Translations under genes and position numbers: made by a program
From: Folioceros fuciformis
Taxonomy: Eukaryota
Length of the DNA: 20,000 nt
Reading direction: 5' to 3'
Assembly (NCBI GenBank): GCA_049999805.1
Contig: JBNGIO010006247.1
Span: 286,751-306,750 of the forward strand
In this document: positions 10,204-20,000 of the stretch, one piece after another
Layout: every line of letters begins with the position of its first letter
How positions within the stretch are numbered: the first letter of the stretch is position 1
Notes under the pieces: model-generated
Told to the model about the DNA's origin: nothing
Database searches by the model: none
What the model saw: the letters and a program-made list of their open reading frames with translations, nothing else

Positions 10204-10905
10204 CCGGTACTGTTTGTGGTGCGCGCCGTTCCGAGGTTCCTCTCTCGCTTGGCAGTTGGAGCATTAATATTCCGGCCCCGCCTCTTGCGATTAAGTATTT
10301 GTTTTCCGTGCCTTCCTTAAACTGCCTTCATGCCCAGCCTACCGATTCATTGCTGGCCTCTGATTATCTGCTCCCCGCTGTGGCAACTTGGTAAGGCAAG
10401 GCAGGCCTCGCAGTCCAAATTTGCTTCTGCTCCCACAGCGAGTGCGGCTGCCTCTTGCGTCTCGGGTCGCTCTGCTGCTGCCGCGCTGCGGTTGGGAAGG
10501 CGTCAATTCGTGGCGGCTCGGTACGATCGTGACCGGAATTGGCCGCGGCAGTGCTGGCGTGAGGTGGAGAACTTGGAGGTGAGGAGGCGAGGCTTGGCTT
10601 GGCGGAGGGAAGGGGCTGCCGGTGCCAATGGATCTTCAATTTTCCGGGACAGAGGAAGCCCGGGGTTTGTGGGGGAGCTCGGTTATGAGGATTGCCAGCT
10701 TCGGTCCTTGACGCGTGCGCTTCCGACAAGGCAGATTGCGTCTTTGTGCTATTTGCTGTTCCCGCTGCAGGATAGTGTATCTCTAGGGCCGCTCTTGGAA
10801 GCGCAGTAAGGGCAAGGGCCGGCACGGCACGCCGCGCCACGGCACGGCCCTTGTCTCCCCTTACCTGCTGCTGCTCCTGCCGCACTTCTCACTCTTGCCT
10901 CTGAG

Positions 10906-11554
10906 ATGTCCAGCGAGGGCTCCCAGCCGCGTGGTACGGAGAAGGATGTTTCCTACTCCTACATTCTCATGGTGAGCTGATTTTGTTGCCGGGACCGTGG
11001 GAAATCCGACAGGTCTGGTCTGTTAAATTGTTTGTTTCATGGCGGGAGTCGGCGCTTTTCTGAATCTGCTCTCGGAGATCTCATGTCGTGTCTGCTTCCT
11101 GGATTCCAGGTCCAACATCTAATTGAGAGATGTTTGAAGCTCTATATGGACCGTGATGACTGCGTGGACGCCCTGGAGAAGTATGCTCATGTGAAGCCTG
11201 TCATAACTTTGACTGGTACGGCACGTATTTCACCTCCACCTTCTCTCCTTGTTTGCTTACACATCCGCGTTGCATCAATTGCGCGCCTCCTCATCTCCTC
11301 GCACGCCAATGCTGCCGGCTTTTCTTTCCCATTTCTTAAGCATGCTGCTGCTCCCTCCTAACGTGGATCGTTGGGCTCGCTCGCCATCAGTTTGGAAGGA
11401 GCTGGAGAAGGAGAACAAAGATTTCTTCTTGGCCTACTCGCAGCAGCTTGCTGACACGGAGGCCAGAGCATTCAACCAAGCTCTTGAGGAAGCAACCTCC
11501 AAGCTCTGTCGACAGAAGCTCGACGAGTGTGCAGAGATTCTCAAGGACCTGTGA
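10906..11554 (+). CDS. A_thal_3526 / TIGR01589 (plant protein 1589 of unknown function) family protein, 111 aa; exons 10906..10971, 11110..11215, 11391..11554
   Basis: Canonical GT-AG introns (ATG|GTGAGC...CCAG|GTC and ACTG|GTACGG...TCAG|TTT) keep the frame. The product MSSEGSQPRGTEKDVSYSYILMVQHLIERCLKLYMDRDDCVDALEKYAHVKPVITLTVWKELEKENKDFFLAY... carries the family signature VQHLIERCL...VWKELEKEN..FF.AY. Confidence 0.93.
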
Positions 11555-13098
11555 CCACATCAGTGCTCAAGCCCGATGTCGACGCTGCTTCCATTCTGTC
11601 TCTACCTGTATCGCCAAGGACATTCTAGCTCTTTCCAAACACGCATCTGGATGTGACATGTCTATTAGGTGTCGGTTGGCTGCCCTCCCTTCGTCAAGCA
11701 GAGTCTCATGGAGTAGTTGTTGGGGTGAGCAGCATTGTCACGCCACCGTCCGTTGAGGGCCACCGCTGTCACCCATACGCTGAGTATGTATAGGGGAATC
11801 TTATTGAGCGGTCCTGGATCTCATGGAACCTTGTCTGGCCATGTCTTTGTCGACACGGTGGTGGGAATATCTCTGCCTCACCATCGTATGCCGCCAAGTT
11901 GCTCTTGGACGGAACAGATCACAACTTCATGGTGTTCCATTTCTGTCCAAGACCTCTACCGGTACGCAGAAGGTCAAACCGAGTTTGCCAAACTATTTAC
12001 GATTCTATGCCAATAAAACTGTTCGGCTTATGCAATAAAAGATGAACCACGAGGCGACGGCGGCGAAGGCGCTTCATGCTTCAAACAAACCGCACGCCAC
12101 CAAACCTGGAAACCAAGTACGTGGGAAGAACGCCGTATGTACTGTATACGAGCTTTATTCTCTCCTGTGTATTTATTTTTCCTCTTGTTTGAATTATAAG
12201 TTAATATTTTATTTTTCTTATGATATGAAGTATTTTGACTTGATAAATAGTAGGTTCTTATACACAAAATAATATCTGAGAATTTGATTTTGAAACAAAG
12301 AACTAAGACCATACACTTTTGGAGTCATTCAAGCAAAATATTTACTGTTAAGATCTTTTGGCATATAGTATCGAATCCTATAGTTTGGGCCCCCCTAAGA
12401 TTGGGTTTCATTTGGATTTTATTTTTATCCAAAATAACATATAATTATTCATAGTTATTTTATTGTAAGTAATATAGAATGTTAATAAAAAATAAAGTAC
12501 ATATAAAAAGTATGGATAGATTTTATCATTTAAAATTATAACAAGCTTGGGACCATAATAAAGTAGAGAACAACGGTGCATAGCTTGGTGTTGGTTCATA
12601 GGATTTCCTTTGCTTCCACTAATTTTCTCCATGACGTGGAGTGGACATCTCGCAAAACCGAACACCAAACATAGCTAAACCACTTCGTTTCGGATTAAAA
12701 TTGATAACAGACAAATCAAATGTTAGTAAACCCTCCGTACTGATGAATCGATACACATCTCTAGCAGAAGTACATTTAGTCTTCGAGCGAACGCATCCCA
12801 AGGTGGGTTCGGATAAGCACAGCGTCATCTGTACAAGCACACCCACTAAACTTCTGGTGGGGAGAGACGGAGAGAATGGAACGTCTCGTCTCTTGGGAAG
12901 CGAAGAATTTACTTCCTCAAACTTCCGACCTGACAGCCCGAAGAAACAGCCTACTACCTTGACAGTTATCCCCTCTTTACAGAATCCATGAAAGAAGTAA
13001 TCGCTGCTAAAAAAATGTCAGATACACATGCAACTTTCTTGCACGGCATTTCATGCGCAGACCGTCAGCCCCCACCAGGCCCCCTAGCAGGCGTCACA

Positions 13099-14585
13099 CT
13101 ACAGTGGAAGAATGGTCAAGTGAATATTCCCCGTGTGCTCAATATCAACCCGATCAAGCTGATGGCAGAGATCCGTCTCTTAGCTGGAAAAACCTTGCCC
13201 ACTCATGTATGACAACCTCCACCAAGTGTCAAAGGAACCCAGGCAAACCAAGTCGGCTGCAGACAAAACGGCGCACAGTGTTCCTATTTTGTTTTTCCAG
13301 GCAAGGTGAGCATGTTCTTCCTGACAGGATGAACATGCTCACCTTGCCTGGAAAAACAAAATAGGATGGGACGCCTTTCACCTGATGCGCCCATCACGGT
13401 CCAAGGTCAGCTGCTAACACATCATTCCTCGTTATCTCCCTTGACATATAACCCATTTGGCAATGTTGCGATGCCACATGTCAACTCTACCCTTTGCCGG
13501 AAAAACAAACGCACATGCCACTGTTCTAAAGTGCTCACCAAAACCATACAGCAGCAAACAATCTGCCTCCAAACGTTTTGAATGCGTGATCTCCATAGCC
13601 AAATGTCGTGACTGACATCATTGTACCATAGAAAACATCTATCCAATTGAGTCCGTTCAACTTGAGCATTACCAGAGTACCCACAGCAAAGCACAAGCAC
13701 ACTGTGCCGATGGCTAGCCCGACCTGCACAGGTTTCAAACTCTGTCTGCATCAGTGAAAAACCCACAAAAATCCAAACACCTCGCAAACTATTGCTGATG
13801 CTAGAGTACTCCCTTCATCCGGCAGCGCATTCTACCCTTCTTTTAGTTCATGACATACTTACTGTCCCGCTGTCTGATGATGTCCTCTCGATGTCACTCA
13901 ACAAGACAGTCTCTTGTTTATTCAACACAAACGTTAAGAGGCCACTTAAAAGGGTGTCCAAGAAGGCCACTCCAAAGATGACAAACAGGCTCGCAAGTTA
14001 AATTGGCGGAGCTCGTAAGGGGAACAATGTCCCTATACCCAATCGTACACATGGTGACCACGCAAAAGTATAGTCCGTCCAGGAAGCCCGTTGGTACAGG
14101 GAATTCCGCTTCCTTCCATGCAAAAATGGCGATGCCTATAGCTAAGTATATCAGAAGTCCCATCCTGGCTTGTAGGACAAAAGACGAAGCTGTTTGAAGA
14201 TTGGGCCTGTTGGATATGTCCTTCCTGGACGGTCCCATCGAGTGCAGCACACCGCCAGGACAGGTGTCGGCTCTGTTCAAGCACTTTTCCCTGTAAGGCA
14301 ACCGCTCCATGGCATCCGCCAGCTGCAAAAGAATGTCATGCTCTTGGGATCTACTGTCTCCCAACGAAGATTCAACAACTGCGGCATCATCATCTCATAT
14401 AGGCTGCTCCAACGAGCTCCAGGTCATCGATTCCGGACATCACATGGCTCGGCAATAAAGGCTCGGCCCCACCGACTTGTACGTTGTCCTCGGGGAGGAC
14501 AACGCCCTTCCCTCCAAGGAATCATCTTTCTCAGGCAGCAGCCTGTCCTCTAGAGTTTGGAAGAGCCGAGGCCCCCTGTCAAATC
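13099..14585 (-). pseudogene. TPK: Two-pore potassium channel (TPK/KCO family) unprocessed pseudogene
   Basis: Pore 1 reads DGLYFCVVTMCTIGYRDIVP (GYG changed to GYR, 14040..14032). The linker reads KKGRMRCRMK|VGLAIG and pore 2 reads MMSVTTFGYGDHAFKTFGGRLFAAVW. Degenerate EF-hand remnants are present (DVLAADL..DGRI; LCHQLDRVDIEHTGNIHL). There are several in-frame stops and frameshifts, and intron 13812..13724 has a broken donor (GGAGTA). The 5' boundary is approximate. Confidence 0.9.
13282..13366. repeat. 85-bp near-perfect palindrome (42-bp arms, 1 mismatch, 1-nt centre)
   Basis: TCCTATTTTGTTTTTCCAGGCAAGGTGAGCATGTTC-T-TCCTG A CAGGA-T-GAACATGCTCACCTTGCCTGGAAAAACAAAATAGGA, centred at 13324. 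Confidence 0.97.
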
Positions 14586-15003
14586 ATGGCCTCGGGCTCA
14601 TCCGCAGCAGTGGATACGGCATGTCCGGATGACTCCTCGATCGCTGCCTGCACTCCAGAATTATTCAAGGCAAGCGACGGATACCACCTGAACTCGCGAA
14701 AGCGGCACGAGCATAACTGTCATGTTGCATGAAGGCTCACAGCACGGGGAGAAAAACGTAACCTACGTAAGCCTCAGGAGGACGAGACAACCATTAGAGA
14801 GAGCAGCTTCCCGTATTCGCCCTGCCTCCGTTTCAAACTTATACCGCTGGGTACCGTGCACCTCTTATTTGACGACCTTCGAGAAAGAGGGCATACGAGA
14901 GAGCAGTTCTGAATTTTTCCTTGTTCTTGCAGACGACTGTCCTTGCGCTTCGTGCCCATCCAAGTCCCACATCCCTACGTGCAAGCCACCCGAGTAGTCG
15001 CGT

Positions 15004-15248
15004 CTATGGCAGCAAGCCTGGTCTTCAATCCTCAGCTCCGAGTACGTGTTGCCTGTCCCCACCCGATTTCGTAATGCTTCGCCGACTATGGCAGCAAGCT
15101 TGGTCTTCAATCCTAAGCTCCGAGACGTGTTGTCTGTTCCAACCCGATTTTTCTAATGCCGTGCGGCCTATGGCAGCAAGCGTGGTCTTCAATCCTAAGC
15201 TATGCGACGTTGTCTGTTCCCACCCGATTTTCCGGATGCTGCGCTATG
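15004..15248 (+). repeat. 82-bp tandem repeat, 3 copies, each beginning CTATGGCAGCAAGC
   Basis: Units start at 15004, 15086 and 15168, with a partial at 15244. Confidence 0.92.
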
Positions 15249-15618
15249 TCGTGTCGCGTCGCGTTCATGGATAAGTGTTTTTTATTTTCCCTTTGTTGGT
15301 CGCACATTTACGCGTTTCTGCGTCGTGCGGGCTGGGAGTCCTATAAGTAGCACTTGTAACTGCAGTGTACAATACATCGTTGGCAACATCTTTACACTCT
15401 GTTTTGTGTAGGACTTCAATTGTAGACGTGCCTGTATGTGTCATTTGACATTCTTGCATGTTGCTCTTCCGCTGCCGGTGTGGAATTCGAAATACGGGTC
15501 GTCCTGGCGGAAGGGAGTTAAGTAGTATATAACGCCTCCGTACTTGTGTGCTGTGTGCGAATGTAGTACATTCAAGGCTGCCTATAGGGTGACAAACTGC
15601 TTGCAATTTTATCTGCAG

Positions 15619-16952
15619 TGGAGGGAGTTTGTGAAGTCCGCGATATGAAGGGATTTCGGGAAGTTCCCAGGAAGGAGCATCTTGAGAGGGCCACTCGGGA
15701 GAGCTTGGAGGAATCTTACTTGGACATGGTACTGCTATGTGATCGCAAGGTAGGGGACTGTACTAAGAGCTCCGAATTAACTGCACAGGCTGGTTCGGCG
15801 GTAGGGGTGGATAACATTGAGATGAAACAGCTTACAGAATGCGTGTTAGGAGACGATTTTCGGAGAGTACAAGCAACGGAGCACGCACGTTCGAGAAAAC
15901 AGGGCAAGGCTAACTTCGAAGCTGATGACACAGGAACGTGGGAAGAGTTTGAATCCGAGGAACAAGGAGAACGATGCACGGAAGAGTATGGATCCGAGGA
16001 AGTAGGAACAAGATACACGCAAGTGTATGGATCGGAGAAAGTGGGAGACCCTCGCACGCAAGAGTATGGATCCGAGGAAGGTGGAGAAAGTATGGAAGGG
16101 CATGAATGCGAAGACGCAGTAAAAAGTAGCATACAGGAATATGAACTCGCCGCGGCCCAGTCACCGCACTTCGGAAGGTTGCTGGAGCACGCGGGCGATG
16201 CTGCTCAGTTATGTGAGGAAGCAAAAGACGCGTGCAGGTCAAGGACGCTTACGGAATTGTTGAATCGTGTTTATAGTTTGACACTCGACAGAGCAGAAGA
16301 AGAAATCGATGCTCCAAACGGAAGAACTCTTCTCAACCCGAGCGAAAAACTTGTACAAGATGTGCAATTACCATGCATCAATGCTTCCACACTTGAGGCT
16401 CACAGGTTTAGGGTTGACTTTGGAGACGTGCTAGAGTGGTGCACTGTGGACATTGTGTCACCTTCCTTGTTGATGTGCACAATAGATGTAAGGCAGTTCC
16501 TGAAAGTTGATTTAAGGTCTATTGGAATCTCAGCCGGTGCGCCGCTCCAAGTGTGCGTACACGAGAGTGATGGGAAGACGCACTTCGAAGCATATCAGCA
16601 GACTTCATCTGATACAGAAACAAGAAATACTATCGGGCTGCGTTTTCTCATTCCAAATTTGGTGAGAGACTGCTTAACTCCTGTGGACAACCTTTTTCCG
16701 GTGGACGGCTTTCACCATGACAACCTTGTAGTGGGAATGCTGCAGAGCCTGGCTTGGTACCTCCTCAACCTGTCAGGCATCTGCTGCGTTTGCCGGATTC
16801 AACGCTGCCGCTCCTCTTTTCCATCGGAAGACTTTGGGTCTTGCGACTCAACCATTTGCCTTGCCCGGCTAGATAATTGGACGCACATATCGGCATATGG
16901 TGTACATGATTCGCTATCTAAACCGCTGCATTATCTAATCCGAACAGATTAA
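15619..16952 (+). CDS. Large open exon (444 codons): acidic repeat N-terminal half plus a region resembling the non-catalytic domains of PARP6/PARP8 (clade 6) proteins, including a CxxC...CxxxxC cluster; gene model incomplete
   Basis: The frame is open for 1.3 kb and is preceded by a strong acceptor TTTTATCTGCAG| at 15618 (first in-frame ATG 15645). DNLVVGMLQSLAWYLLNLSGICCVCRIQ...GSCDSTICL resembles PARP6/8 FLVQIMKYAEQRIPTLNEYCVVCDE...AVCTRELCV. FEAYQQTSS...IGLRFLIPNLV resembles IEVFQPSNKEGFGLGLQLKKIL. These comparisons are from memory; coding status is more certain than family assignment. Confidence 0.6.
15939..16094 (+). repeat. 39-bp / 13-aa coding tandem repeat, 4 copies (TxEYGSEExGxxx)
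   Basis: WEEFESEEQGERC TEEYGSEEVGTRY TQVYGSEKVGDPR TQEYGSEEGGESM. Confidence 0.9.
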
Positions 16953-17700
16953 GCAGATTAAGCCTCCTCACCTGGCTCTAAATTGAAGAAAGGCTGTGTC
17001 AACTGGTGAAGTTCTTGGTACACGTTTCGCGCGCATGTATCTGTTATCTGGATACTGGACCTCCTTTGAATTGAGAGAATTCCTTCTCTTCTATGACCTT
17101 AAGGATTTTGCTTACTGGGCCTTGTTCTGATTTGCTTCTCTTGCTGTGTCAACCAAAGAGGCGGTCCTGCATTGCTCCCAATCTATTGCTGAGATCCCTC
17201 GTATTCTCGTGTTATTGTCGTTTCCCAATCTTGTTTATCTAAAGTAAAGGAGATTGCTCGTTTCTTTCTTATGGTTTCACACACACTTTGTTTTACTTGG
17301 AATGGCCAAAATCCGTTTGAGAGTGGAAATCCCTGTTTTAACAATTTTGAAATGTGTCTTTTAATCGTCCAGAGTCAAACAAACTTCCACATTAAAGGTG
17401 TTGCTGCGCCTTGAAAGCCTGATCACCAAGGTTTGGCCGATGGCTTTGATGTGATATATTCTTGTTTTTATTCTCTATCTCAGCCCCTCTATGCACCCTT
17501 TACCAGATGGAAGGGCCAGCCAACATAGATAGGAAAAACGTCGAGGGTCAAAAACAAGAGCAGTAGATATGTCCCTGAGCATGCTTCTCGCATGAAATTA
17601 AACATCTATGAAGAGCGAATGGTGGGTGACGAAAAAGACTTCGGAAAGGAAAAGCTCCAACGCAAACTAGTCACTAGTCCCAAATCTCAACGTACAAACT

Positions 17701-17796
17701 TCGACCCCAGAATGCCGAGACCACTTTTCGAGTCGACCCCAGAATGCCGAGACCACTTTTCGAGTCGACCCCAGAATGCCGAGACCACTTTTCGAG
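17701..17796. repeat. Perfect 32-bp tandem repeat, 3 copies
   Basis: TCGACCCCAGAATGCCGAGACCACTTTTCGAG at 17701, 17733 and 17765. Confidence 0.97.
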
Positions 17797-18284
17797 CAGT
17801 TTGCGCATTGGATTATGGCATGCCAAAAGGGCCATATACCCTCTCTCTCTTTATTTTTTAGTCATTTTTTACGAGTATCTCCAAGAGATTGTGGAGTGGC
17901 CGCTTTAGCACGCCAACCAAAGCGGCCACTCTACCATATCAGCCACTCAATTTTAGCCTCTCCAAGCACCTTTCAACATTCCTCACCCATCGTGCTGCCT
18001 TTGTCACACAGCTCCACACCCTCCCCCGCCCATTATGCTTGCCTACCCCTTCTACATGCTTTCAACATCTACAGCAACTTGTCAAGGCTGGCCTTCACCA
18101 TTTCCAGCCTCACCATGACCATTTGCACCATTGTCTACAAAACATCCACCATGGATAACACACTATGAACAACATCCCTCAACTAGTTAGTATGGTCACT
18201 CACCCCTTTGGATGAACACGGCTTGCCCTTCATCTCATTCCCACCCCGAGTGTCGCCACGCTTGCAAACCTCACCACTCACACA

Positions 18285-18424
18285 CTCAGAAGCACCCGCA
18301 AATGCATGGTGTTTGCCATCTTAGAAGCACCCACAAATGCATAGTGTTTGCCATCTTAGAAGCACCCGCAAATGCATGGTGTTTGTCATCTCAAAAGCAC
18401 CCACAAATGCATGGTGTTTGCCAT
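18285..18424. repeat. 35-bp tandem repeat, 4 copies
   Basis: CT[C/T]AGAAGCACCC[G/A]CAAATGCATGGTGTTTGCCAT, with minor variants, at 18285, 18320, 18355 and 18390. Confidence 0.95.
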
Positions 18425-19119
18425 TTCTGTCCCTCACACACTCAGTGACACGTCATCTGCCTCCCTAGTCGCTGAGTGCATCCAATGCCCGCCACTTTCC
18501 TACCCCTGTCACAGCCAGTATTCCACATCTATTTGCACTGCTCTCCTTTGTCTTCTCCTCTAAGTAGGCATCTTTTGTGTACTTTATTTCCCTCCTTCTT
18601 CTCGATGCCCATATGCATGTTTGGTTCCTTGGTTCAAGGCTCCGACCCACATCCACTTTAGACATGGCCTCCTGTTGTCCACCACGAGCAGATGGTGACC
18701 TTGCTACTCCCACACCTTCCCCCAAGTATTGCTTCATGCTCCTCTCAATCACCTCCAATTCTGCTGCCAATGTTTTGTGCTCCTCCTCCTTGCAAACACC
18801 CCTTCCCAGCTCTTGGCTGATAATCTATTGCCGTTGTACATAAAAGGTATCTCCAACATTGGAATGGTCTATTTTCTCCCTTCGTGGCCTTGTGCAGCCT
18901 TCTTGCCTCGCACCACACCCACTTACCATTTGTTATACCCACTTACCATTTGCTATTGTAGCAATGATTTCGAACATTGCCTCAGCTCCCACAGGTTTCT
19001 TAACAGTTGCATAGCAATCTTTGGTCGCCAATATTGTCCACTAATACACGTTCACCTGCCACCCTAGGTAGAGGCCCCTTGTTTCGAGATGGTCAAATGC
19101 CTACGTGCATATAGTCTAC

Positions 19120-19172
19120 CCTCTCTAAATGGGACCTATAGGGAGTGCCCTCAAAGGTCCCATTTAGGGAGG
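19120..19172. repeat. Inverted repeat / hairpin
   Basis: CCTCTCTAAATGGGACCT...AGGTCCCATTTAGGGAGG (18-bp arms, 1 mismatch), with an inner AGGG/CCCT stem. Confidence 0.8.
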
Positions 19173-19419
19173 TGTCCAAATTAATTTTCCATTATTTCAA
19201 AATTTTAAAACTTATTATTTTTATTTAAACCAATTAAATAGGCAAAGTATTTAAATTGCATGTTACAAAAATCCTTAAGCAAATCTATACTCGATTGCTT
19301 ACGATTGAGTACACTATAAGTAGGTCTAAAAAATAATTACTTCTAGTAAAGAAAGAGCTCACCTAATAGTTTTCTACCCATATTTGTACATACATCTATA
19401 TTCAGTTGAAAATAATCAT

Positions 19420-20000
19420 CAATTTTCTAAATTGCAACTAGACACCATCACGTGCCTTTCAAGGACATCTACCAAAGTTGAAAACTTTGGTTTATCTTAT
19501 GGCATCTAAATAGAATAGTTCTCGCCTACCTTCAAACTATCCATAGCATCTTCTACTATTCCTCATCATAGGGGTGCCCTAGATACTTCTTCTTCTCCAG
19601 TATTGCCCGCAATCTCTTCTACTTGAGAAAATAGTGAATTTCCTACTTCATCTTCAGCAAGGGGAAAATGTTCTCTACCTTGAGGGAATAGTGAATTCCC
19701 TACTTCATCTTCAAAGGGGACAAATGTTGTCTCCACCTTCCCTTCTTTCTCATCCTTGATCACTCTTTAGCACTCATGGTTGGATATTCAACATCTAATG
19801 ATGCCATATCATCACTTCGATCGACTAAATGAGAAGGGGCAGAACCTGACTTCTCTAAGCCCCCGTCCGTCTTTGATCTCACCGTTTGTGGTTCATTTGT
19901 ATTCTTATGCTAACAGTCTGCCAGAGTTGGAAGTTGTGGCTTCCCTTCACATGTGGAAGCCTGTTTGGGAGGTTAAGTGGAAGCTGGAAGAGCCCAAGGA
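19420..20000 (-). pseudogene. Decayed acidic coding-like fragment with an internal EDEVGNSLF[P/S]Q duplication
   Basis: Glu-rich minus-strand frame interrupted by stops and a probable frameshift. An in-frame duplication (57-nt spacing) lies inside ORF 19763..19566. I recognise no domain. Confidence 0.3.

Noticed and set aside
8745-10885. GC-rich ORFs of 105-175 aa on both strands
   Set aside because: They are low-complexity, microsatellite-derived translations with no recognisable domain, and long ORFs are expected by chance at this GC content. Two of them cross the N gap.
12042-12991. Short ORFs 12042..12272, 12408..12668 and 12641..12991
   Set aside because: No recognisable motifs. They are largely AT-rich intergenic or UTR-like sequence between convergent genes.
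13918-14364. 148-aa ORF as a functional single-pore (Kir-like/KCO3-type) channel
   Set aside because: The filter is GYR, the frame shifts right after the pore, there are upstream in-frame stops, and remnants of the second pore and EF hands follow. It is part of a pseudogene.
17701-18424. 32-bp and 35-bp repeats of CRISPR-like length
   Set aside because: They are head-to-tail with no unique spacers.
17900-19070. Minus-strand ORF fragments (e.g. 18465..18770) as a transposase or gag remnant
   Set aside because: The composition is suggestive, but I could not identify any diagnostic motif, so no mobile-element call is made.

Overview
This is eukaryotic, intron-containing plant genomic DNA. The gene content suggests a non-seed land plant, which is an inference. 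There are two assembly gaps (8487-8496, 10104-10203). Left to right: (1) A minus-strand SURP/SWAP-domain gene. Its second exon is an open frame of more than 1100 codons that runs off the window and is missing from the ORF track; it encodes about 18 degenerate ~40-aa P/Q/G/N-rich repeats and PWANWQ repeats. (2) Head-to-head with it, 246 bp away, an intronless 149-aa gene that looks like a stand-alone MLKL-N/HeLo-like four-helix-bundle domain. (3) A decayed coding-like stretch and several minisatellites. (4) An intact 3-exon A_thal_3526 (TIGR01589)-family gene. (5) An unprocessed two-pore K+ channel (TPK) pseudogene with an 85-bp near-perfect palindrome in an intron. (6) A triplicated ATG-containing 82-bp unit followed by a 444-codon exon whose C-terminal half resembles the non-catalytic region of PARP6/PARP8-type (clade 6) ADP-ribosyltransferases. 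(7) More tandem repeats, a hairpin and a decayed acidic ORF. Family calls come from manual motif comparison, not database searches.
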